From Neoconidiobolus thromboides FSU 785 (Eukaryota > Fungi > Entomophthoromycota): DNA of 48,026 nt. The notes below the pieces were generated by a model. The model saw nothing but the letters and a program-made list of their open reading frames with translations, was not told where the DNA came from and ran no database searches. Shown piece after piece: positions 33,409 through 47,136 of this stretch; the first letter of the stretch is position 1, and each line of letters starts with the position of its first letter. The DNA lies in NCBI GenBank assembly GCA_025603075.1, contig MU626407.1:1-48026 (forward strand), given 5' to 3'. Both the position numbers and the translations under genes were made by a program.

Positions 33409-34332
33409 ATGATGCTAAAATATTATAAAGAGATTAAGTTGTTTATTAGACTTGTTTATACAATTAAAATTGGATTAATGTTAATCATGAGTTATTTACC
33501 AGATCAAATTAAATTAATTACACACTACGGTAAAACTAGAGAAAAGTTAAAAGAACTTGAAGGAGTAACAACAAAAGAAAATAATACAATTTTTCATAAG
33601 CTAATCAACTTTGGTTTGAATTTAACAATAAATAAATCTTCCTTTAAATATTATTACATTTATTCAATCTCACTGACTATTCTATTAAATTTCTATCTAT
33701 TCTTCATCACTTCAATTCCATTCGATTTTAATTACTTTTTATTCTCTTTCCTATTACCTTTCCATTTCACTCGAAGGGTGTATGAGTGCCTTTATATTCA
33801 AAAATTAAGTTCCAAAGTCCAAATGCATATAGTAGTTTTTATTCTTGGTTTGATGCATTACACTTGTTTTATTCTAGCTTGTTTTTTAAAATTGATGGAA
33901 TATAATGAAGAGGAAATTGCCTTTGCCACTGGTAGTATACCTTCATCTCTCCTTTTCATAATGCAAAATTTCTTCATACTCTTATTCTTTTACTCCAATT
34001 ATCAACAATACCATTGTCACTATTACCTATCCAATCTTAAAATCTCCTCCTCTTCTGCATACGAATTGCCTAGTATTTCCTACTTCAGAAACTCGATTGC
34101 CCCACATTATTTTTTTGAAATCATAATTTATACTTGTTTCATGATATTGTTTGGAAGTACTATAGAATTGATATTTTGTTTATTGTTTGTTGGTATGAAT
34201 TTAAGTATCACGGCTGGTCTGACAAAGGAGTGGTATGTAAAGCAATTTCCTGAACAGAAGGAAGAGATTATCAATAGGAATTTGTTGCTTCCTTATAGAT
34301 TAGCAAGGGTTAATAGCAATAAACAAAAATAA
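33409..34332 (+). CDS. DFG10: Polyprenol reductase / steroid 5-alpha-reductase family (Dfg10/SRD5A3-like)
   Basis: HYGKT, HFTRRVYEC, HYTCF, QQYHCHYYL, IAPHYFFEIIIY, NLSITA motifs; multipass hydrophobicity. Confidence 0.85.
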   Translation: MMLKYYKEIKLFIRLVYTIKIGLMLIMSYLPDQIKLITHYGKTREKLKELEGVTTKENNTIFHKLINFGLNLTINKSSFKYYYIYSISLTILLNFYLFFITSIPFDFNYFLFSFLLPFHFTRRVYECLYIQKLSSKVQMHIVVFILGLMHYTCFILACFLKLMEYNEEEIAFATGSIPSSLLFIMQNFFILLFFYSNYQQYHCHYYLSNLKISSSSAYELPSISYFRNSIAPHYFFEIIIYTCFMILFGSTIELIFCLLFVGMNLSITAGLTKEWYVKQFPEQKEEIINRNLLLPYRLARVNSNKQK

Positions 34333-34391
34333 GAGCAAAAAATAAATTAAAATTTAATTTAATTAAACAACAATGCTTTTTTTATTTAGTT

Positions 34392-35543
34392 TCATCTTTT
34401 CACTGGATAATATTTAACAAATGTTGGATTCTCAATAGGTTCCCCATTCTCTTCTTTAAATTCAAAAAAATGTTTTATCTTCTTTAAATACATTTTCAAC
34501 CCTTGACCCATAACGGTTAAATCTAATTTAATTTTACTCAATTTTAATGTCTCAGCCTCCTTTTCATCTACCAAAGTAAATTCCCCTCTTTGAAAAGCAA
34601 AATTAATTAAGTACTTTTGATCTTCACTTTCAATGATCCCTTTCACCCTATACACATCTTCCTTACTCAATTTTTTAATAAATCCTTTCAATTCTCTTAA
34701 TTGATTATTAAATCTCACACCATCCTCTTGATTAACTTTAATTAATATCAATTCCACTTCATTAAAATGGTGCTCATCATCACCCTTCCCGATATCCCCA
34801 ACCAAATAACCAAATCGACTATGGATACCTAATACCAAACTACTGTCCACTTCCCCATTTTCACCTACCTTGACTCTAGCTGTATCTTCATTCAACTCAT
34901 TCACCTTATCAATGACCAAATCTAATTCCCTTTCTCCCACCAACTGCCATTTATTTAATAAAATCAAGTCCGTATATTGAGCTTGTAATTTGGCTGTATA
35001 ACTAGTATCCTCATAACCCATAAAATTAACACAATCAATAACAGTGATGATGGCATCAAGATAAATGTTATTATTAGATAGCTCTTTGATTTGCCAAGCT
35101 ATAGGAGCTGGAAAAGCGGAACCACTCGTTTCTATGATAATAAGATCTGGATTGTATTGGGCTTTGAGATCAAGAAGACCAGTTTTAAGTTGACCGATGA
35201 GAACGCAACATAAACAACCATTTATAATTTCATTGATTTTAAAAGAAGCTGGAGGGTTATTATTATCAATGATATCTTTTGAATCTTTAGTTTCTTTAGT
35301 TTCGGTAGCTTCCTTAGTAGTATTGTTACTATTATTTTCTTCTAATTTGCCTTGATTTAATCGATCCATTTGTATTTGTAATAATTTACTATCCACTTTG
35401 CTATCCCCAAATTCATTTTTTAATATAGCAATATTAATATTTTTATTCAAATTTTTTAATAAAGAGATTAAAATTGTAGTTTTACCAGCTCCTAAAAAAC
35501 CTGTAAAAACTGTTACGGCTGTTTTTTTCGGAAGTGTTGACAT
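34392..35543 (-). CDS. CobW/COG0523 G3E GTPase metallochaperone
   Basis: TGFLGAGKTT, NEFG, GCLCC metal-binding motif, IETSG, LLNK; CobW_C-like YRVKG. Confidence 0.92.
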   Translation of the reverse strand: MSTLPKKTAVTVFTGFLGAGKTTILISLLKNLNKNINIAILKNEFGDSKVDSKLLQIQMDRLNQGKLEENNSNNTTKEATETKETKDSKDIIDNNNPPASFKINEIINGCLCCVLIGQLKTGLLDLKAQYNPDLIIIETSGSAFPAPIAWQIKELSNNNIYLDAIITVIDCVNFMGYEDTSYTAKLQAQYTDLILLNKWQLVGERELDLVIDKVNELNEDTARVKVGENGEVDSSLVLGIHSRFGYLVGDIGKGDDEHHFNEVELILIKVNQEDGVRFNNQLRELKGFIKKLSKEDVYRVKGIIESEDQKYLINFAFQRGEFTLVDEKEAETLKLSKIKLDLTVMGQGLKMYLKKIKHFFEFKEENGEPIENPTFVKYYPVKR

Positions 35544-35721
35544 ACTGATGAGTGTTGAGTGTTTTTATTAAATTGAGTGAAAAAGTGATAAAATAATTAA
35601 AGGTTGAAAATTATATTTCTAGTTTTTTTTACATCATTCGCTTTTATTCCCTAATATATCCGAAAAAAAATAGTTATAAAAAATCTTATTCTTTGCCCAT
35701 CCCAACATAGTCTCTTCTTAC

Positions 35722-36428
35722 TCATTTTAACCATAGTTTTAATCTAAAAGCATCAATTCCAGTTAAATAATACCGATGCATTCTTTTATGTCGAATAAAA
35801 CCTAAATGTTCATATAATGCTAAAGCACCTAAATTGCTTGCTTCAGCTTCTAAAACTACTTCATCTGCTTCATTTTCAACCATGGATTGGATGCTACGTT
35901 GGACCAGTTTAGAGCCTATAAAAAGAGCATTAAGTAAATAAGAAGAAAAAGTAAAATATAACAAAAGGAGAAATTAGCTGAATGCTCGTGTATGGTATTA
36001 TAAAATTAAAGGGTATATTTACCTATTCCTCTTTTCCTGAACCTAGCGTCTACAGCCAGCATAGCTATATATCCTCTTTTTCGCTCTTTATGCGTATCCA
36101 ATTTTGCGACAACAACACCAACTAAAGTGCCATTAATATCATGGGCCTAGTTATAATAGTAATAATTTCAAATTAATGTCATGTATAAATTAAAAGGATG
36201 GTAAGCTCTTACTAAATAAGCTAACTGTGGCCAATTAAATAAAAAATAGCGATAAGTAAAGATAGAATATGGTTCACTTAAATCTTTACTTATTAAACTC
36301 ATTATATCAGGTAATTGAGACTCGTCTTTATATTGAGTGAATGTGATGGGATCTAAATTAGTGTTGGCTATTAAAACAGCTGTGGAGTCTGTGGCGGTGG
36401 AATTCGAATCGTCGTTCAGTAGAATCAT
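35722..36428 (-). CDS. MAK3: N-alpha-acetyltransferase 30 (NatC catalytic subunit), 3 exons
   Basis: LISKDLSEPYSIFTYRYF, RGYIAMLAVD..FRKRGIG, VVLEAEASNLGALALYEHLGF, YYLTGIDAFRLKLWL. Confidence 0.92.
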
Positions 36429-36804
36429 TTAATTTTTTATGAGAAAAGAAATAAAAAATGTTTTTTTTAAAATAGAGTTGAGTTTTTATTTTAGGTTGAG
36501 AATTAAAGCTTTAAGATTTTTGAATGGAGTTTAAAGTGTCAGTTTAGTAGTTGTTATTTTTAATTGGTATTGCTTTCGTTGTAATTGAAATTAAAGTATT
36601 CAAAAAAATAAAAAATAGCTAATTTATTCTTAATCTATTAAGTTATGAATTTAAGTGTTGATTTTTACTATATTTAGCTTGTTCTATAGAAAAGTCCTAA
36701 AAACTTTCAAAACTCAAAAAAATAGCTTTATTTCTTTTCTTTTCAATTGTTTTCTTATTAACTTATACCCAACCTTCAACACTCATCAATATTCACCCTG
36801 AAAA

Positions 36805-37768
36805 ATGCTTTCAATACTAACTAACAATAATCCCAATAAACGATGGTATGAAAGAATAAGGTTAAAAGTTAGTATAATAATAATAATGTTTTTTATGTTT
36901 CAATTAATCTTATTATTAAATTTTTATTTTTTTGTTATCAATAATAGTAATTTACCAGACATAGAGAGGTTTAGTAATAGTGATAATAGTAAAAATGATA
37001 ATAGTAATGAGAAGAGCATTGCTCCAATGATTCATCTAATTAAAGTAGATACGAATTCTAGAACTTGTGAGTTAAAAGTTAAGTTGAAATTAGGAGAGGA
37101 ATATTTTGAAGATAACAATAATAAACAATTAAAACAAAAATTAACTATCATATTAAATGAAGAACAATATGATTTTAAAAAAGATGAAAATTTTAATTTG
37201 TATTAGTTTATTATTTTATATTAGTTAACAATACATTAATTGATTTTATTTTAGTGATAAACATATTCGAACTTCTATAATAGCTGGTAGTGAATTAATG
37301 TATCCTTTTGATAATTACAAATGTAATTTAAAAACAATAATAATGGATGAAAAGGAAGATTTATTACTATTGAACAAACTAAAGTATTTGTCATTACCAT
37401 TAACTTTTACTACTAATATAATAACGGAAGAAAATGAATCAAATACAACTTATAATATTGTTATACAAAGAGATTCCATTGTTAAATTATTTTCCATTTT
37501 CTTAATTTTATTATTATGGGGAATTTCGTTATCTTTTTTTGCTTTATCTTTGCAAGTTCTATTACTAAAAAGAAGTGTTGATGATCCTATGTTGCCTTTG
37601 AGCCTTTCTATCCTATTTGCTACCCCTGCTTTAAGAGCTTCCTTCCCATTAATTCCTTCTACTGGTATTTTTATTGATAGTATAGGTTATCTATGGAATA
37701 TTGCTTTAATTTCGTTAGCTTCTTTTATCATTTTAATTTGTTTTGGTAAAAGGCATATGACAAAATAA
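36805..37768 (+). CDS. DUF4436-like membrane protein, 2 exons
   Basis: N-terminal TM, soluble region containing YPFDNY, then three TM segments including LFATPALR..P..P..G..ID. Confidence 0.68.
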
Positions 37769-37816
37769 AATAATAATAAAAACATAATAAAAAATAAGCT
37801 TTTATTTAAATACAGT

Positions 37817-38209
37817 TTATTGTTTATGCGTTTTCTTTAGATGTTCTACGGTATCTCTTTTAAGCTCATCGATATTTCTTGTATTTTCAAATTCGGCTTT
37901 TACCTACCATTGATCGTCAATTGTTGTTATCGTATTATATATTATTATGAATTACTATTTCTTCTGAGTCTGTGGCATTTTCGATGTCCCATTCTTTATG
38001 TTCTTTCATAATTTCACTTTTCTTAACTATTTTAGAAAAACAGTAAATAAAAAATATATACAAAATAAATTCAAGTTACCTTTACTACTGCTGCCCTTAG
38101 TACTGCCTTTAATTTCATCAAACATATTTAAAACTGAGTAACATCTTAAATTGTTACTGATGGATGATACTTTCGAATAGTTTCTTGACTTTAATAATAA
38201 ACTTCTCAT
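37817..38209 (-). CDS. Small putative mitochondrial protein (about 90-95 aa), 3 exons
   Basis: MRSLLLKSRNYSKVSSISNNLRCYS presequence-like start; spliced continuation G|VKKSEIMKEHKEWDIENATDSEEI|VKAEFENTRNIDELKRDTVEHLKKTHKQ* through GT-AG introns. Confidence 0.65.
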
Positions 38210-38512
38210 ATTGTTTTCTTTTTTTCTTATCAATGTTAGTGATTTTTCATCTTTTTTATACTCTTCTACCAAATTATTTAATATCAACGTCATTGGTTTT
38301 AGTCATTATTAAAGTCATTGTTACATCGAAATGACACTTAATTTCTTTAGCATACCTTACCTAATATGGTTCTGATTATGCTATATTATTCAGATTATTA
38401 ATACTTCTAATCGGAAGTTCGAAATAAACTGCATCAAATGATAAAATAACCTCAACCTATTTATAGCTGATATACCACTTCTCAGCTTGCAATATAATAA
38501 AATCGAACATTG

Positions 38513-38548
38513 AATTGATTGGAGATCAATAAATTTAACCAATCAATT
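38513..38548. promoter_or_regulatory. Inverted pair of CCAAT boxes in a divergent promoter
   Basis: AATTGATTGG (38513-38522) and CCAATCAATT (38539-38548) form a perfect 10-bp inverted repeat between two head-to-head genes. Confidence 0.45.
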
Positions 38549-38624
38549 TTAACTCAGTTTTTAAAGTCAAGAAGTGAAACAAAAAAGAATTTTTATTTTT
38601 CAAAAGTGTCATTTTATTTTTTTA

Positions 38625-41600
38625 ATGTTTAGTAATTCATTATCCAGTCGACAGATTGATCCGAATAAAGCGGAACAAGAGTTAGCTCAAGCCATTAAAA
38701 AGGCAACGAGTATTGAAGAAAGTGCGCCAAAGCAAAAACATGTTAGAAGTAAGTGGATATTTTTTAACTTTTTTGTTAGTAGTAGGGTTTAATAAAGTTT
38801 TTTTTATATTTTAGCTTGTATCGTATTCACTCAAGACTTCAAATCTTCTCGTTCTTTTTGGTCTGGTATGCAATCACAGCCTTTAAGTTCAGACGAAGTT
38901 CAATGTTTTAAAGCTTTAATTACCATCCATAAAGTTATTCGTGATGGGCATCCAAATGTAAATAGAACTTAAACTAGAAAAGACAATATTAATTAAAATT
39001 CGATTAGGTCTTAAGAGAAAGTTTTAACGAAGTTAGTTTTATTCAAAGTTTAGGACGTAATTTATTTTCGAATGATAATTTTGGATATGGTCCATTGATT
39101 CGTGGTTATATTGAGTATATACTTAATAAACTTGACTTTCATCGTCAAAATCCAGAGTTTCCTGCTAACTTTGATTATGACGATTATTTAAGTATGCGAG
39201 GTGTATCAGATCCAAATGCAGGTTATGAAACTATTGGACAATTAATTTCACTAGCTGAACGTCAAGATGGTTTCCATCGACAAGTATTTCGCTCACTTGG
39301 CGGATCCCCAAATAATGAGTGTAAGATATCTTGTTTAGTACCATTAGTTCAAGAGTCATTTGCTATTTATACATTTATAAAATCTATGCTTACAGCTATG
39401 TATCAATCAATTGAAATCAAAGAAGCTTTAGTACCATTAAAAAATAAGTTTTATGAGCTTCATGAAAATAATCGTCAATTTTATTTTGAGTGTTCACAAA
39501 TTAGATACCTTACCTCCTTAATTACCGTCCCTGAATTGTCAAAAGATCCACCCTCTTTTGTACCTGGAGAACCAAGTCGCAGACTTGAAGTTACTCGTAA
39601 TGTGCCAACACCACCACCACCAGCACCTTTACCCGAAATGAGTCAAGAGTTTCTTTTACAACAACAAAAAGAATATGAAAGGTTACAACAAGAAAAGCAA
39701 AATTCAATTTTATTACAACAAAGGATGGAGCAAGAACGTTTACAGCAACAAAGAGCTTATGAAGAACAGCAGCGTGCTTATGAGGATCAACTCATCCAAC
39801 AACAGAAAAGAGAACAAGAAGAACTCCAAAGAATGCAACAAAACCAAATTCAAAGACAAGTTCATGGTCGATTACAAGAGCTTGAACAAGAGATATTTAA
39901 TTTAAGAGCGAGACATGAAAGAGATCAACTTTTATATCAGCAAAATCAGGGTAGAAGTCAACAACTTGAAAGGGAAATTCAATTAAAAACAATTCAATTA
40001 AACCAACAGGAACAAAATAGTACTGCCATGCTAAAATCATTGGAAGATCAAGTAAATATGTGGAAATCAAAATATGAAGTTTTAGCTAAATCCTATGCTC
40101 AATTACGTCAAGAACATTTGGATCTATTGAATAAATATAAACAAGCTACATCTAAATTGGGTCAAGCTGGTGAAGCTGTCAGAGCTATGGAAAGAATGAA
40201 ACATGAGACCCAAACCAAAGCAGCACAGGTCACTCAAATGGCTACTGAACGTGATCGTGCACAAGCAGAACTCAATCGATTAAATGTAGCTCATCAAGAA
40301 GAAATGAATCGCCTACGTAGAGAGAGTGAAATGATGCGTAGTCAATTAAACGAACTTGGACAAAGTAAGGGAGCTGAAGTAGCACAATTAATGCAACGCT
40401 TTGAAAGAGAAAAACAAAATCTTAATCAACAGATCAGTATTAAAATGAAAGAGATGATGGAGTTACAAGGTAGTTTAGATACAGTGAGAGGAGAATTGAA
40501 TAATTTAAGAGTAAATAAAGATGAAGAAATTAATGTATTACAAGCAGCTATGGACCAAACATTGATCGCTTTAAAACAAACACAAGATTCAACTAACCAA
40601 ACATCCACTGGATTTCAAAGAAAATTGGTTACATTGAATTCAGAGCATAACTTAAAGCTTAATAAAATTTTAGACTCCATTTTTAGAAGTTGTATTGAAA
40701 AAATGGATCAATCTATTTTTGATTTTGAGTCTACTAATGCTCAAGGTAATGTAGCTGCTACACCAGAACATGCTTTATCTTTGATTGAAAGTACAATTAC
40801 TGCTTCCAATGAATTTTCAGCTATACTTTATGATTATCTTTCGGATCACGCAGAACATTCCGAAGTAATTAGCTTAGCTATTAACTTTACCCAATTATCT
40901 GATCAATTGTTAAATGAAGTTAAAGGAGTTACTAGATTAGCTGAAGACAATATGGTAGAGCTATTAACTTCTGAAACATTATTAAGTGGTAGATCTATTA
41001 AAGCTTTCTTTACTAAATTACTTTCAGATAAGCTTTCAAGTGTGCCAGCTACTTCTAGACCTGAAATTGTAGCTATGGCTAATAAAGAAATTCAATCTAG
41101 TCTTTCAGAAGTAGCCAAACTGACTGAAAAATTAGTAGTTAAAGATGCTAGTACTTTAGAAATTAAGAATTCCATGGAGGATTTAGGTGATTTAGTAGAA
41201 AGAGAGATGTTAAATGCTGCTAAAGCAATTGAAGAAGCTACAATGAAATTATCAACATTAATGAATAAACCTATGGATCCTAAGCTTACCACCATTGATC
41301 GCCAAGTCCATTCTTCAATTTTAGATTCGGCTATGGCTATTACTAATGCCATTGCTCACCTTATTAAATGTGCTACTGCTTCTCAACAAGAAATTGTTAC
41401 TCAAGGTAAGGGGTCAAGCACAAAAACAGCGTTTTATAAAAAGAATAATCGATGGACCGAAGGTTTAATATCAGCAGCAAAAGCAGTAGCCATGGCTACC
41501 AATTATTTAGTAGAATCAGCGGATGGTGTAATCCATGGTACTCATAGCCTTGAACAATTGATGGTTGCTTGTAATGAGGTATCAGCCGCTACTGCTCAAT

Positions 41601-41905
41601 TGGTAGCTGCTTCTAGGGTTAAAGCTAGTTTACATTCTAAAACACAAAATCAATTGGAAGAAGCATCGAAAGCAGTGACTAATGCTTCTAAAGGATTAGT
41701 TAAAGCAGTTAAAGCATTATCAGAAAAACAACAAAGTAGTTCGATGGATTTATCTAATGTAGCACCACATGAGTTTAAAGTTAAAGAGATGGAGCAACAG
41801 GTATCCATTCTTAAATTGGAAAAGGAATTGGCGGTTGCTAGAGCACAACTTGCCCAAATGAGGAAACATTCATATCATTATTCTAATGAAGTGGAAGAAC
41901 AATAA
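38625..41905 (+). CDS. SLA2: Sla2/End4/HIP1R-like endocytic adaptor (ANTH, coiled coil, I/LWEQ), multi-exon
   Basis: KKATSIEESAPKQKHVR, KALITIHKVIRDGHP, long Gln-rich coiled coil, FYKKNNRWTEGLISAAKAVA, MEQQVSILKLEKEL. Confidence 0.95.
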
Positions 41906-42387
41906 CTTTGGGGATGAAATAAAGTATTTTTTTGTAATCAGGGTTTTGTTTTTTGTATAGTATTACCTTATAATATCTTTCTATTTAAACATCTCGGTTT
42001 TCGCTTTTGATTCTACGGGATTATAAAATGGTTGTGACAATTTTTTAATAGTTTGTATGTCAGTTTCAATTAATGTTTTCTGCTTTTAGAAAGTTCAAAT
42101 AATAGTACTAAATGAAAAGCTGATAAATAAATGTTGAAAAACTGGATAGTTAAAAAAGAAAACTGGTATGGTGTGTTTAAGTAAATGCTATACGTGTTAA
42201 TTTAGTTACTTGATTATAATCATTGCTATTCTTTTAAATGGGATAAACAGTGCCAATAAAAGTGTTCAAAAGTTGTTACGTGACATCATGGATTTTTTTA
42301 ACTCAATGCTATTAAAATTGATTAGTAATTTGAACTTAGAGTATAAAAACATAAAATGAAAGACTATTTTTATTAAGTAAAAACCAA

Positions 42388-45300
42388 ATGAAAGAAACAG
42401 TTATTCAAAAAGTCCGTATTTCAATTGATAGAGGCGGTACATTTACTGATTGCTTTGCTTGTTGGGAAGAGAAGATAGTAATTATTATAGTATAAAAAAA
42501 TAATTAAAACTAAAATATTTAGAATGATGAATGGACTCTTCAAACTAAAGTGATTAAATTATTAAGTCAAGATAAAGCGAATTATGAAGATGCACCAACA
42601 GAAGGTATAAGAAGACTTTTATCTGATATCTACAAGGTCAATTTATCTCGAGATGAAAAGATTAACTTGGATAAAATAGGTTATTTAAAAATTAATTAAA
42701 CATAATTTTATCCTAACAAACTTTTAGAGAGTATAAGGATGGGGACTACTGTAGCTACCAATGCATTATTAGAAAGACAAGGAGAAAGACTAGGTTTAAT
42801 TACTACTAGTGGATTTAAAGATGTTTTAGAGATTGGTACTCAAGCAAGGCCTAATATTTTTGATTTGAAATGTATTAAACCAAGTATTTTGTATGAAAAA
42901 GTGATTGAAGTTGATGAAAGAATAACCATTGTTAAAGAAGGAGGTATTCAAACTGAAACTGGGGATAAAATAGTTGTTGAAAAGGAACCTGAACTCAAAA
43001 TAGTTGAAAAGAAGTTAAAAGAATTATTGGAAAGCGGAATTAAATCTGTTGCTATCTGTTTTGTACATTCTTATTTATATGATGAACATGAACAAATAGT
43101 AGGTCAATTAGCCAAAAGAATGGGATTTGAGAATATTACATTATCTTCCGATACAATTAAAATGATTAAATATTTACCAAGAACATCCTCTGCTTGTGTA
43201 GATGGTTATTTAACCCCACATATTCAAAATTATATAAAATCTTTCTCAAATAAATTTGAAGGTGAAATGGAAAACAAATTGTTATTTATGCAAAGTGATG
43301 GTGGGTTAAGCACATTAGATAAATTTAGTGGTTTAAAAGCCATATTATCTGGACCTGCTGGTGGTGTTATTGGTTACAGTAAAACAAGTTATAATAATAA
43401 TTTAAAATTACCTATTATTGGATTTGATATGGGTGGTACTAGTACTGATGTATCTAGATTTGATGGTAATTTAGAGCATGTATTTGAATCAAATACGGGC
43501 GGGGTTATTATTCAATCGCCTCAGTTAGAAATTTCTACTGTTGCTGCAGGTGGTGGTTCAAAGTTGGTTTACCAAAGAGGTTTATTTCAAGTTGGGCCTT
43601 CTTCTGTAGGCGCTTCCCCAGGCCCTGTTTGTTATAGAAAAGGAGGTGCACTTGCAGTTACAGATGCCAATTTATTATTAGGTGAGTTAAAGTAGTTTTA
43701 TTTTATATAAAAATAGTTATTAATATTCAAAATAGGACGCTTAATTCCAGAATTATTTCCAAAGATATTTGGACCTAAAGAAGATGAAGCATTGGATTAC
43801 AATAGTACTTATAAAGCCTTTGAGAAAGTACAATTACAAATTAACAATGAAGATAAAGTTGAATTAAGTGTTGAAGATATCGCGTATGGATTCATCAAAG
43901 TAGCTAATGAAGCAATGGCTCGACCCATTCGTGGATTAACTGAAAATAAAGGTTGGGATACTAGTAAACATATATTATGTTGCTTTGGTGGTGCTGGTGG
44001 ACAACATGCTTGTTCAATTGCTAATTTATTAGGTATAAAAATGGTATTAATTCATAAATATTCCTCTATTTTATCTGCTTATGGATTATCCTTAGCTGAA
44101 ATTGTTTATGAGCAACAACAACCTACTAGTTATCCATTAATTGAAGAGAATTTCAATATATTGAATCAAATAATTCAACAATTAAAAGAAAAAGTTAAAG
44201 ATGAATTTAATAGTAAAGGTATTAATGAAGATAGAGTTGAATTTAAAGTTTATTTTAATTTAAGATATGATAACACAGATTGTTCGTTAATGATATTAAT
44301 GAATGATAAAAATATTTCGGGCTTTGAACAACAATTTAATCAATCTCACTTACAACAATTTGGATTTTTGTTAAAAGATAAAAAAATAATTGTAGATGAC
44401 ATTAGAGTAAGTGGAATCGGCAAAAATGAAATTACGATTAGCAAAGATCAAGAATTAACAGTTTATGAAGAAATTGAAAATTGTTCAGCAAAAGAAAGTA
44501 ACATTAAAGAAAAGTTTGTAAAAAAAGTATACTTTGAAAATGGTTGGTTAGATACCAAAGTTTATTTACTAAATGATTTAAATAAAGGAGATGTTGTTGT
44601 TGGGCCTGCTTTAATTGTTGAACCTAATTCTGCCAATTTAATTGAACCTAATTGGTTAGCTTTAATTTCAAAGGATCACATCATTATTAAAAAGATTAAT
44701 AATGATAATAATAATACTGGTATCACTAACACGATGGATCAAACTATCGAAATCAAAGCAGATCCCATAAAATTGTCCATCTTTAGTAATCGATTTATGG
44801 CTATTGCTGAGCAAATGGGAAGGACATTACAAAAAACTTCAGTTTCAACAAACATTAAAGAACGTTTAGATTTTTCATGTGCTTTATTTGGACCTGAAGG
44901 TGGGTTAATAGCAAATGCCCCACATATTCCAGTACATTTAGGGTCCCTATCTTTTGCAGTAAAATGGCAAATAGAACATTATAATGAATTAAGTAAAAAA
45001 GATATAAATTTGAGATTGAAACCAGGGGATGTTATAGTTACTAATCATCCAGTAGCTGGCGGTTCTCATTTACCCGATATCACAGTAATTACACCAGTAT
45101 TTTATAAAGATCAAATTGTATTCTTTGTAGCTAATCGTGCCCATCATGCAGATATTGGTGGTATTTTACCAGGTTCAATGCCACCAAATTCTAAATATTT
45201 GAGTGAAGAAGGAGCCTCTATTCTATCTTTAAAATTGGTAGAAGATAATGTGTTTCAATATGATAAGATCAGAGATGTTTTAGTCAATCAACCTAAATTA

Positions 45301-46405
45301 AATCATTTGAATAGTTCTGGTACGAGATGTTGGGAAGATAATTTATCCGATTTAAAGGCACAAGTAGCTGCTAATAACATTGGTATTCAATTAGTAAATC
45401 AACTTATTAATGATAATTCACTTAATGTAGTGTTAAGTTATATGAAATTTATTAGACAAAATGCTAATTCTGCAGTAAGATCTTTATTAAAGAAGTTTAT
45501 TAAAGAAGGAGAAGAAAATCGAATCTTACAAAGTGAAGATTTTATGGATGATGGTAGTAGAATCAAATTGAAAATAATAATTAATAAAGATGGAAGCGCA
45601 GAATTCAATTTTGATGGTACAACAGAACAAGTTTATAATAATTTTAATGCACCAAAAGCAGTTACTCACTCTGCTATTTTATATTGTTTAAGATGTTTAA
45701 TTGATGAAGCCATCCCATTAAATTCAGGTTGTTTAGAACCTATAAGTATTATTATACCAGATCAATGTCTACTTAATCCATCCCCCGAAGCTGCTGTAGT
45801 TGGTGGCAATGTTACTACTTCTCAAAGGGTATGTGATACTATCTTTAAAGCGTTTAATGCTGCAGCAGCTTCTCAAGGTTGTTGTAATAATTTAACATTT
45901 GGTGATGCTACCTTTGGTTACTACGAGACAATCGCTGGTGGCTCAGGTGCTGGACCAAGTTGGAATGGACAGTCTGGAGTGCATGTACATATGACTAATA
46001 CTAGGATTACGGATGTAGAGATCTTAGAAAAGAGATATCCAGTGATTTTAAGAGAATTTGGTATACGTGAAGGTGATAGAATTGATACAAACGATTAATT
46101 TATTAATAACTAATCTATTATAATTAGGTTCTGGTGGATTAGGTCAATTTAATGGAGGTAATGGAGTAAAGAGAGAAGTTGAATTTTTAAAGTCAATGGA
46201 TGTTAATATTTTATCTGAAAGAAGAGCTAGATCTCCTTATGGCTTAAATGGTGGTTTAAGCGCTCAACCAGGTCAAAATCTTTTAATTAAAAAGAATGGA
46301 TTGAAACTTAATATTGGGGGTAAAGCATCGGTTAAAGTAGAAAAAGGGGATAGAGTTATCATTTTAACCCCGGGAGGTGGTGGATTTGGTACTCCTGATA
46401 TTTAA
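42388..46405 (+). CDS. OXP1: 5-oxoprolinase (ATP-hydrolysing), multi-exon
   Basis: IDRGGTFTDC, MGTTVATNALLER, SGPAGG, DMGGTSTD, NIKERLDFSCA, HIPVHLGS, GGSHLPD, HMTNTRITD, TPGGGGFG. Confidence 0.96.
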
Positions 46406-46639
46406 GTAGATTTTAATAAAAACATTATTGGCTTATTTTTTATTGTTTCTAGCTTTTTGGTATCTGTTTATCTTTTATTTTATCTTATTTTATTTTATTC
46501 AATTTATTTCCTCTAATAAGTTAATTGATAATAACTTTTTATGAAATGCGAAACAAAATGTTTTGAAAATATTTAATTGTAAACTATTTTTGTTATTAAT
46601 TTACTATAATATTTTATTCATTTATTACTATTATTTAAT

Positions 46640-46744
46640 AAATGGGGATGTATTTTTGTATTTAAGAATTTTATTAACAATTTTTTTACTCAAATAGCGC
46701 TTAAAAGATGGAAAAAACAATGAAACCAAAAAACGCCCTCAAAT
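46640..46744 (+). mobile_element. MITE-like element, family 1, copy 10
   Basis: AAATGGGGATGTATTTTTGTATTTAAGAATTTTATTAAC...GAAACCAAAAAACGCCCTCAAAT. Confidence 0.82.
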
Positions 46745-47136
46745 GTTTTTTATAAAGCGAAATTTTAGTACTTTAAGCTAACAGGTATCCTCGTTATAAA
46801 ACATGATGGGTAAAATTAAAATTGTAATATAATATAATTTTTAATACAACTAAATTTAGTCAAGTTACCTAATTAAAAAATTTGTTTTGCTTAACTAGTT
46901 TTCTTCATCAACTTATATTTGTTTAAGTTTAACATTGACAATTTAGTTTGATAAATTATTTTAATATTTGAAGGATTTTAAAAAAATGTTCGACCAGTAT
47001 AGTTTATTAAATATTAGATATTTATAATCAACTTGTTTATTACCTACATTTTATTTATAATTGGTATTTTAAAAATCAAATCAATTATAGTATTTAATTT
47101 ATATATTAGATATTATTATTGATTTATAAATTTAGA

